A stretch of 63,157 nt of DNA, counting the filler, from Hausera hauseri (taxonomy: Eukaryota): assembly GCA_046269625.1 (NCBI GenBank). It is 10 parts of 10 records of this genome, joined end to end, with 100 filler letters (N's around TTAATTAATTAA, not from the genome) between each part and the next. Parts side by side here need not be neighbours in the genome. Positions count along the whole stretch, not along the records: positions 44,234 to 52,523 come from JBJURY010700993.1; positions 52,624 to 57,390 come from JBJURY010443357.1; positions 57,491 to 63,157 come from JBJURY010209967.1; 7 more parts are not named here. One strand, 5' to 3'. Below are positions 49,901 to 60,159 of this stretch, piece after piece; positions within the stretch are counted from its first letter, which is position 1, and each line of letters begins with the position of its first letter. The translations under genes and the position numbers were made by a program. Below the pieces are notes generated by a model. The model saw only the letters and a list, made by a program, of their open reading frames with translations. It ran no database searches and was not told where the DNA came from.

Positions 49901-52137
49901 ATTTTGTCCACAAATGTCCCATATTATTCAGAACTCACGGTACCTTCTGCACATTTAAGCGGAGAAAAAAACACCAGAAAATCGTGTGGACACCACAACT
50001 AGTTAATAAGTTCGATAAACTACGAGAAGGACTAAAGACTGTTGAAATACTAGCATTTCCTAAGCCTGACACCGAGTTAATTTTAACCACAAATGCATCA
50101 AACATCGCAGTAGGTGCTGTACTACACCAGTTGCATAAAGGCGAAAATCAGCCTCTAGAATTCTTTTCCCGAAAATTAACGCCATCAGAAACTAGATATT
50201 GAACTTTCGATCGGGAACTGCTGGCAATAGTTCTTGCTTTAAAACACTTTCCTCACTTACTTACAGCTTGTCATTTTGTTATACAGACTGATCACAAACC
50301 GTTGATTAATATAATTGCAATGAAGCGTCCTTCAACTTGAAAAGAACGGCAAATTTCATATTTGTCCACATTTAACTTTGACATTAAACACATCGACGGC
50401 GTTGACAATCTAGTTGCCAATTTTCTATCTAGATCAGTCGGTTCAATCAATTTCTCGCCAATATTTACTCAGACAAAACTCCAAGAAAATCAACCATCTC
50501 AAGATATTCTCAAATCGTTCAAGTCACACCACATAGTTAACGGCGTGGCTTTAGATACTTCCAAACCAGGACATTCTAAAATATTCTTGCCCCATCTTTA
50601 CACAAACAAGCATTTGATAGTATACATTCATTACATTATCCTGGTGCCAAGGCAACTTTTCGCTTGCTTCAAAGCCAAGTAGTTTGGCCGTCGATGCGCT
50701 ACGATGTACAAGCATGGGTTAAAGAGTGCGCAGCTTGTCAAAAATATAAAACCATAAAACATTTAAAACCATCATTATACCACTTCCCCTGTACTTCACA
50801 TTTTAAAACAGTACATATTGATATCGTTGATCCTCTTCCAATAAACAACGGCCACCAATTTATTCTGACCATGAAGAACCGTTCCTTACGATGGCCCGAA
50901 GCTATTCCACTGCGTAGTACAAACACTGACACTAAGTGGATTAGTAGGTTCAAACCTCCTCGTTATATCATCTCAGACCAAGATTTACAATTTGAGTCAA
51001 ATCTGTTCAAATCTCTAGTCAATCGATTGGGTATAAGTCACATTCATACAACACCTTATTATCCCCAATCAAATGGCCTCCTTGAGCGTTTCCATTGAAC
51101 CTTGAAAACGCCAATTCGAATCCTTGCACAGTCAAACACCAATTGGACTACACTTCTACTGTTCGTCATGCTGTGCTGGCGGAACACTCCGTTCACGACA
51201 ACAGGATGTTCACCAATGGAAGCTGTATTCGGAACCCTTGTACGGTCACTGTTTGAACTAACTGTTCTTGAAGAGACTGCTACAGATGAAAGAATACAAG
51301 CAGCACAAGATCATTTTGTTACAATCAGCAAAGATTCGTTTTGCAGGCTTTTATACAATAACAAGTCTTATACACACGAAGATTTATACTCGGCAAAGTT
51401 TGTATGGCCAAAAAACCAGACACCGTGCGGCTTCCAACCACAATACTTAGGACCATATAAATTGGTGCAGCTGAATTCACACAACGCTATTATCCTAAAA
51501 AACGGGAAAGAAGTTGTTGTGCATATCACTAACCTAAAACCCGCCTTTTATGTGGACGATACCTCACCAACCGAGACATCAACCTCATTCCTCACTCCTG
51601 TACCCACCTCTACCCCAATTTCTATTCCTCAGTGTACCACGCATGATCTTGCTACCACCGTTTCTGCACATAAATCGTCACCTACCAAATCGATCCCTGA
51701 CTCGACCTCTGCATTTCCCTCTACTTCTGCTTTTATCAATATTTCCGCCACACACCCTATTTCTATATCTTAGCCCAGTTTTACTGCATCTGTCAACTTG
51801 TCACCTGCGCAAACTATCGCAGAAAACCGGAATAATGTCCCGAAAATCAATTCTTCTCCACCTTTTTTGTTGTCTTCCCCATCAACAACATCCAATCACA
51901 CTAAAACTGACATTTCTTTTAACAAATCCTACCAACAGTAAAACACTACAGAGAAGGTACATCACAAATCAATTACTTTCAGTACCTATAAGGCAACTAA
52001 ACAACGAAGGAGTACAACGTCTTGTACGCACAAAAACTTATTAGGCAATTTATTTGTTTGTTTTTGAGATTTTCTTTTAGCCTTTCCTTTACAATTTCTC
52101 AACTCAGCCACGGTGGGGGGCGGTATTATAGTGCCCA
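46911..52137 (+). mobile_element. Near-complete decayed Gypsy family A element with N-terminal ubiquitin-like segment
   Basis: UBL-like 47016..47236; gag KPSDFLR and CYYHNKF; LIDTG; YIDD; FFSRKL; NGLLERFH; YLGPYKL; PPT 52107..52123. Confidence 0.92.
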
Positions 52138-52523
52138 TCACTTTTAACGCGTTTCGCATTGTATAGTTTATGTAGATAATTTTATGGAATAATGTTATAA
52201 ATTATTTGTTATTGTATTATGTGTTATGTGTCATGGGTATTGTAGTGCTTACCACACGCTACCCTTTCCACCACGTAATAGTTGTTTTTATGTACGTTTC
52301 CCAATGTAAATTTTATACACATAATTTTATGAGGTAAAATGTTGTCCATTATTTCAAATCGTACAGTTTGTTTTTTTTTAATTTTTTTGACATTATTGTA
52401 TGTTAGAGATTTACTTTTGTTCACGATGATTTTTCACCTTCATATATGTGCATAGAATTATGCAGTTTTGCTTTTATTAAATAATGCTGTTTAGTAACAT
52501 GTAATGTTAGAACCAGAATGACT

Positions 52524-52623
52524 NNNNNNNNNNNNNNNNNNNNNNNNNNNNNNNNNNNNNNNNNNNNTTAATTAATTAANNNNNNNNNNNNNNNNNNNNN
52601 NNNNNNNNNNNNNNNNNNNNNNN
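52524..52623. other. Artificial contig linker
   Basis: 44 N + TTAATTAATTAA + 44 N. Confidence 0.98.
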
Positions 52624-55463
52624 CTATCAACGTTTGTTCTCATTATATTAATTGGGATTTTTCGGTTAGTTGCCAAAAACTGTTATTGCAAACGTCCCAA
52701 AACCACAGAATTGGAATTAAGGGAATTGGAAACCGCTGTTGACCCATGTGATAAAATAATCTGGCAACTACTGAGTGGGTTATTCTATTATCAAACAAAT
52801 AATTGGTTTTATTTCATGTCCGTGCTTTGCTGTAAGATTAACCCTTACTGTTTATTTTTTAGATTGATGAGTAAGACTTCGAGAACAGAAACCGGACAAT
52901 GTAGAATCGACGGATCGCAATCAACCAAAGAACACCGAGTTCCTCCGAAAACGTGCTACCGTATATATCCCGAATTCAAAATTGATCTTCAAATAAATAA
53001 GCGACGAACTACATGAGAAGACATACGTAGAATACAACCAGATAAGTGAAATCCCTAATAACTTAAAAAGGCATAATGGAAGAAACTCGTTTCGTGTATC
53101 TGTATCCAATGTGGGAGAACAAAGATAATAGAGCGTACGCCTTAAAACAAATGATTAAATACGAACCTATTCATCAGCAGAGCATTTATATACACCTAGC
53201 GGATGGTGAGATATATTATCGGATAAAAGATCAGGCATGGAATGCCAATAGTTGAAGACAGTACAGATTTAGTACCTTTTTCTATGTAGTGGAGATCTGT
53301 CATTACGACTTAGAATTTCAAGTAGCCACACTCACTGTAAAAATGATGTTTGAAGTAACTTATGAAGATTATCCTTATGTCCAGTTACCGTCCTGGAAAT
53401 TTTACCAACAACCGTCAGAAATATCAAAACTGTCGTCCAGATTAGTACCCGATGCCCGAAACACAAGGATAATAGCAGTTAGTTGTGGAGAAGGAAGCGA
53501 TGCGCAAGAAATTTCGATTGAAGTTTCAGTCCTTGAAACGAGCGAAACAAAAATATACTGCAAAACTATTAACCCTAGAAAACGCGTGCGCGAAACGTAT
53601 TGTGATGCAACAGGAATCCGTAAAGAGACCCTTGCGAGAGAAGATATTAAGCATGTCCAAGCCGAATGAGAACATTGTTTATACAGATGCATCGTCGCTG
53701 GATATCGCGTCCACAAAATTGTTGAATTATTGAAATAATTCCGCTCAAGTATCGTAGGAATACGAGGCATAGGGACACACGTCGTGGTCGCGAAGCAAAC
53801 AAAATCGACGTTGCGAGAAAGAAATTATCCTATGCCAAAAATTACGGATGAATATTTCAAGTTAATGATCGATGCCATGAATAGTAAACATGTCAAGATT
53901 AGTAAACTATTAACTTCAAGCCAAAGAACACAATACTTGCATGATATTTACGTGACTTTAAAATTGGACCATGAATGAATCCCCACAAACCCAGAACAGA
54001 ACATAAGAAGCTCCACTAGTCCAGAAAAAACGAGTAAAAAACAGCGAAAACACTACCGAACTTACTCCATGCATATAACTCTTGAACCCGTCAGTCACGA
54101 TAATATTCGAATAACCGTTTCAAGTATTTGCCAGACTGCAGAAAATAAACCTACTACTATCTATGGATTGAGTTCTACCTCGGACAAAAATCAAGCCAAG
54201 CTGACAGCAAACCCACCATTCAGCCCTGAAAAGAAATGCAAAGAGGAAACGATCTCCACTCATTTCAAATTACGAGTAACCCCAAAGAAATATTCTAAAA
54301 AAGCACAAGGAAAAAATGCCCCGAAATGACAGAAAATGAAAATTCCGGCATTTACCCCAAAAAGAAAACTGGCTCTTTACGAATGTTTTTAAAAGGAAGG
54401 CCAAGAGCACAGAAGACAAAAAGGAAATATCAAAATATATGCAGGAATCACTCAAAATGTAAGTTCCATAGAAAATTGAAGAATCCGAAACTCCCAAAAA
54501 GGAAATCTGACCTATACCCCTACAAAAAGTAGATGTACGGAAAACAGAACCGATCCGAAGAAAAGTCAAAACTGAAGCTCACAAAAGAAATTCAGGAGAC
54601 GAATTTATGCAAGTGTTTACAGAAGTGAATATTTTTCGAAGAAATCAATCTAACGAGAATGTCCATTACGCCATCCAGGATGATTATTCCATAATGCTGG
54701 TTATGGCCGAGTATTGTAGCCACTAGCAGATCAAGGAAGCTGTATTTCACGTCAAAAAGTTAGAATCACGCAAAGTTATGGAAGACTCGTATATATGGGA
54801 AAACCTGAAAGCAGGAAAATACCTCGCCGCGATATTTTAATCGAAAAGGACTGGAAAGTTATCATTATTAGTAGATTAGCAAATCAAGGTACTATTAAAG
54901 AAACAATATGAAGCCTAACAGAAAGGAAAACATGTCCCAGGTTGGGATAAGAATACCATAGTGGACTGGACTTTTGTACCAGTAAACTACGATCGCCGTA
55001 GAAGATCTAGAGATCCAAAATAAAAGTCAATTCATGGCTGCCTTTACCAAGACCAGGACGGATTGGTATTTGAACCTATACAGGTCATTCTAGAGTCGAT
55101 TTGGACCGAGAAGATACAGATGAAGAAGAGGACCACTGTCCCGTCTGCAGAGAAATCATCACCCAAGGATTCGTTAAGTTAAACAACAAGGAATGTAGAC
55201 ATAAATATTGTCGAGCTTGTCTGGAAACCTGGATTTTAGATAATGGAAAAACTACATGTCCAGTATGTCATGCAAAGGCCGTCGAACTTAGGTACTATTC
55301 GGATGGTACTCATAATCGAACCATGTGCATTAAACCCTCAACTAGCTATGTACTAGAACCTACGGACGACATGGAGAATGAAGCGGGCCTTAAGCGTCGC
55401 CTTAACCGCCTCAGGCGACCAAACAATGGTGTCACATCTCTTGACGCAATAGTCACATCCTAG
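52624..55463 (+). pseudogene. Decayed accessory region of a Gypsy element homologous to 19900..21400: TM helix, unknown domain, DEDDh-like fold, Lys-rich linker, C3HC4 RING
   Basis: LSTFVLIILIGIF TM; EIPNNLK; IYIHLADG; TRIIAVSCG...INPRKRV...TGI; RING CPVC-x15-CRH-x2-CRAC-x13-CPVC at 55137..55268. Confidence 0.75.
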
Positions 55464-55485
55464 GATGCCGCTCAGTGAGGACAAA

Positions 55486-56248
55486 TGTTGCAGAATTGTA
55501 TAAATTATTATTGAACGAAATGTAACATGAGAAATTAAAAAATTGTATATAATTAGAGGATAGGATTTAGAATAATTTGCCATATTCTTGAAAATTTTAG
55601 AAGCATTTTCCGAATTTCTACGAATTTAAATAAAAAATTCGGGATTAAATTGTACCTATAATTCATGGGATATATATATAGAAATTGAGTAGTAATCGAA
55701 AACAATTATTGCTAAACCGGATACTCACTTAGGTGCTCAGCTATATAAACAGATCGCGTTAATCAGTGGTTGGTTGTTAGTGTGCGACTGAAATAGAAAT
55801 TAGCGACACTAGAGTTGCTTAGCAGTTGATATTAGTCATTAGTAGTTAGCTGTTCAGTTGATAGTTGAAACAGAATTTAGTGGAGAAATTATCCGATTGC
55901 GAAGATAACCGATAATGAATTGACATTGATCAGTGATTTAAAGTACGGGTTGTATTTATTGTATTAATAAATTATTTAAATTTCTAAAGTTTCCCACTGC
56001 CTCTTAAAGGTAGTTAAACGTCATTAAGGATTAAAATTACTCAAAATACATAGGTAAGTCGAGAATTTAATAATTGATTGCACATGACCGCAAGTGAGTA
56101 CCCGCATTAGTATTCATAAAATTTATATAAGGCACAATCTGTCTAGACGAAAACGTTTAGACATTACCTGACGTATAGTAAATATAATTTCAAATGTCAC
56201 TATTGTTATATAGTGGGAGTTGTATAAGGGCCACCCAAATATATAACA
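55486..56248 (+). repeat. Candidate 3' LTR
   Basis: GAGGACAAA then TGTTG; TATATAA ~55742; AATAAA ~55966; ends TATAACA; last ~200 bp homologous to the LTR end at 16873..17060. Confidence 0.7.
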
Positions 56249-57061
56249 AACGTATTATGCTGATCTGCCTAAAGCATATCTATACACATTCCATTAAAAG
56301 TGCCAAGTAAACTGATACGCAAATGAAAATCAAATACAATCCCCACGTTTAATCGATCTACCTAAGCTATCATTAGCAGATAAACACGAAAACTCGGATG
56401 TTATCTATGAAATAATTACATCCCGATTAACCTATAAATCATAACAGACGGTACGCATCTGCCTTTTACATACCGCACCAATATAAAGGCAATAGCTTGC
56501 GTAATCGTTTCACCGTTCTCGCATTTTTGGTTGTACAAACACAATACGAGAAATTACTCAATGACAATTTCAATAGCCTAAGTTTCCTTTATACCCACCA
56601 TGCTACTCATCACTTTCTATCGATACGATTAAATTTGTATTTCATAGCTCAAAGCAATCAAATAAGAAAATCAATATATTACAACATACATCGATTGCGA
56701 CAACACAAAAAATTTAGTTTGAGTTATTACCAAAACTTCTAATGGAAACTTTCCCATTGTATTATCAAAATTGAATACGGCGATGTTCCACAGTGGTATG
56801 CAAATAGGAAAATTTGGAGCCTAATCTAACTTCGAATATAATCTAAGAATGTACTATGTCTATGACACAATCTAATGAAAAACATAAAAATACATCTTTC
56901 GATAATTTAGACTCAGATAATTAGAATTTTATATCCTTCGGATGTCATAGCTATGTCAGAAATTACTCCTGATTGCATACAGGTATATATTCACGAATAT
57001 AACAAAACAAAAGTATAGTACCAGTTTATTCAAAACTCATTAATCCACGAGCTGTCCTTCG

Positions 57062-57330
57062 AATGATGATAATGAAGTTCATGATGATGGTGATTTTGAT
57101 AATGATGATGATGATGATGATGATTATAATGATGATTATGATGATTATGTTGGTAATGATGATAATCATGATGATAATGATGATGATAATGGTGATGGCG
57201 GTTATGAATTTGATATTAATAATGTGATTATGATGGAAAATTGAATAATTAGTTGATGACAATGGTGATGATGACGGAGATGTTGAAGGTGATGAGGATG
57301 ATTATGATGATGATGATGATGATGATGATT

Positions 57331-57390
<60 letters not shown>
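57062..57390. repeat. (GAT)n microsatellite, degenerate then pure
   Basis: Direct inspection. Confidence 0.95.
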
Positions 57391-57490
57391 NNNNNNNNNN
57401 NNNNNNNNNNNNNNNNNNNNNNNNNNNNNNNNNNTTAATTAATTAANNNNNNNNNNNNNNNNNNNNNNNNNNNNNNNNNNNNNNNNNNNN
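57391..57490. other. Artificial contig linker
   Basis: 44 N + TTAATTAATTAA + 44 N. Confidence 0.98.
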
Positions 57491-57885
57491 GTTTTCGAAC
57501 AGGTTCCATTGATGCCCACAAACTCGGATCGAGAATGTGGATAAAAGAAAAAGGACCAGTTGTGGAAAACTATATCTGGTTTATTGAATCATATCGTGAT
57601 CCCCTCAGTGTTCGTGGAGAATTCGAAGCGTTCATTGCCGTCGTCAATAAAGAAATGTTGGAGAAATTCAACAAACTCGTCGCATCGGCTCCAACCATTC
57701 TTAAAGTACTGCCTTGGCCGAAAGAATACGAAAAGAACAAATTTCTTCAACTCAAATTCACATCACTGGATACTATCAATTTCACCAACAGCGGCATGCC
57801 GGTTGTAATTAACATTCTGAATTTCAACGATATTCAACAAAATGAAGGGTTTAATAACGTTTCGTTAGGTAACGTTCTGAAATCA
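57491..57885 (+). pseudogene. DPP3: Dipeptidyl peptidase 3 fragment, intronless and decayed
   Basis: [27 protein letters not shown]...RGEFE...LPWP..YEK..FL...FTSLD...[11 protein letters not shown]; ends before the HEXXGH site. Confidence 0.88.
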
Positions 57886-57889
57886 TGAT

Positions 57890-59425
57890 TTCATGTTAGA
57901 CGAAATTCCGTGCTCGCTATTTTTACAATGTATAGAAATTTTAATTTTCTCATTCACGATGCTCCTAAAAAAATTACAAATTTCTTGAACAAGAACAAGA
58001 TGCATCATACAAACGAAATGCTTTTATGGTGCTACTTAATGCAAGTCATGAAATGGCATTGGAATATTTGTCAACGAGTCTCGATCAAGTACACATGTTT
58101 GGTGATATTTTACAGTTGATTATTGTTGAACCGATTTACAAAGTCTCCCATTCAAATCCAGAAGAACGGAGAAGGTTCATTCGTTATGTGTACAATCTTC
58201 TACAATCCAGCATTCCGTCGGTTAGATATGAAGCTGCTGGTACACTAATTACGTTAACAAATGCTGTCACTGCAATTAAATCGGTCGCTACTTGTCATAT
58301 TGATTTAATTTTAAAGGAAAGTGACAATAACGTTAAGTTAATTGTACTAGACTGTTTAATAGGACTTCGAGAAAACCACGAAGAAGATCTTCGATGTCTT
58401 GTTATGGATATTTTACGAATTTTCGGCGCTTCTGATTTGGAAGCTCGGAAGAAAACCTTGCAATTAGGATTGAATCTAATGACAAATCGAACTGCGGAAG
58501 ATTTTATAAACATTCTTTTCATAGAAATCGTTAAAATGTGCAGCAGTGATAATAAGTATAACAGCATTGATAAGAAATCTTATTGATATTATCTCGTAAA
58601 TACGATTTATTTGGCTTGTATTCATTGTTCGGATATGATCCCATCAGTGGTACCGACATTGTGTGAACTGCTGATATATGAGAATGAACAACAAGAAAAC
58701 AGTGGTTCCGATGAAGTCTGAAAATTTCTTCGTGAAGCTACTCTAAAATATCCGCAATATGAAACGTTGATGTTGAAAAAATTAATGGAATTCTGCCCGA
58801 ACATGCGTTGTTGAAGTGTCTTACTGCACATCATATGTATTTTAGGGGGATTTTATACATCTGTAGAACAAATTGAAAATTTCGTTAATCTCATTTATCA
58901 AGTGTTGGGACCCGTTCCAATTGTCAAAGAAGTCAGACGAATTAGTGGGGAAAACGTTGAAGCATCGGCATTACTGGCTGCCGAGGGCGGTTTGTCATCA
59001 AGCAGTCAAGAACGAAAAGTAACTACCGGCGAATGCAACTTTGTTGTTCTAAACGACATTGACATTGTCATTCTCGAATACATTATTCCAGCAACGTGCT
59101 GCAGAAGTCTGTATCGAAAAATGTGGAACGAATTTGAATGGGAGAACAAAGTAACAGTGAACACGAAAATCAGGGATCTCAATGTATGCTTGAGGCATAT
59201 CACAAGCATTACGAGTATGCGTTGTTTAACATCTCCAGAATCCCTGAAGGGTGAATGTGATTATCTTTGTGTTACATTGTACGAAAAAGCATTTTCGGTG
59301 AAAATGTACTGGCAAATGTTTGTTTGGTGAAACCACCCGGCAAAGAGCCGGTGACAGGATACGTTCGAATTCGAGCAAAGAGCCAAGGAATAGCCGTAAC
59401 GATGGGTGAGAAAAACTGCTCTTGA
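57890..59425 (+). pseudogene. COPB1: Coatomer subunit beta, intronless pseudogene with large internal deletion
   Basis: [35 protein letters not shown], then jump to MWNEFEWENKVTVNT and [11 protein letters not shown]; frameshifts and stops. Confidence 0.9.
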
Positions 59426-60159
59426 AGTCTTTCGCGAAATGGTCCATCTTGAAAATAAGCATTTTTTGAAAATTTTTGTTCCATAGAATTGTGAAATATA
59501 CTCAATAAGGCTTATCAGCTTAATAAAACTGTTAATAATCATTTACCTCTATCTCTGTACTTGGAAGTATCATAGCCATGCATAACAAATCAACAAATGG
59601 TTTGCCACGAGCACCAAGCATTAATGATATTCGAACGACGGAAAATAGTGCTTTCATCAACTGGAAATCTCGTGGTACCACTGACAGTACGGCACTAGTA
59701 ATCGGGATCATTGTGAACGGAACTGATCGATTGCAATTCGAATCGCTGGGCAATGATGAAAGGACATGCGCTTTCTGCAAGGCGATGAAGTTAATGGCAA
59801 GCAAATTGAATATACCACAAACACGTGTCTGTCTGTCCAATCGACGCTCAGTGTCAAGTGTTGGACTTCGATCTTTCTGAACCAGACCACCGTAATGATC
59901 CAATGGACGTACTGCGAGTCAACAGCAACCTCACCGACCGACCGGCAGACATTCCATCATCAAAAGCATCCAAACACAGGTTGGTGAAGTTCTTTTCGCT
60001 GATTCGCGCCCGCCAGTGCGACCATTTTTTGCGCATATACAAATCTTTCATAGCTAACACCATTTTTCATTTTAAAGGGTATTTAAGCTCAATAACTGAA
60101 TATTCCTTTATCACAGTCATCATTTGCCACTGCTTCCCCGCTGTACACCCGAACCTCAC

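Noticed and set aside
53970-53995. TGA-to-Trp recoding suggested by TGA at a Trp position
   Set aside because: Other in-frame TGAs fall at Arg, Cys or Leu positions, frameshifts are common, and the intact ORF uses TGG; simple decay explains it
57026-57438. Poly-Met and poly-Ile ORFs
   Set aside because: Translations of the (GAT)n microsatellite
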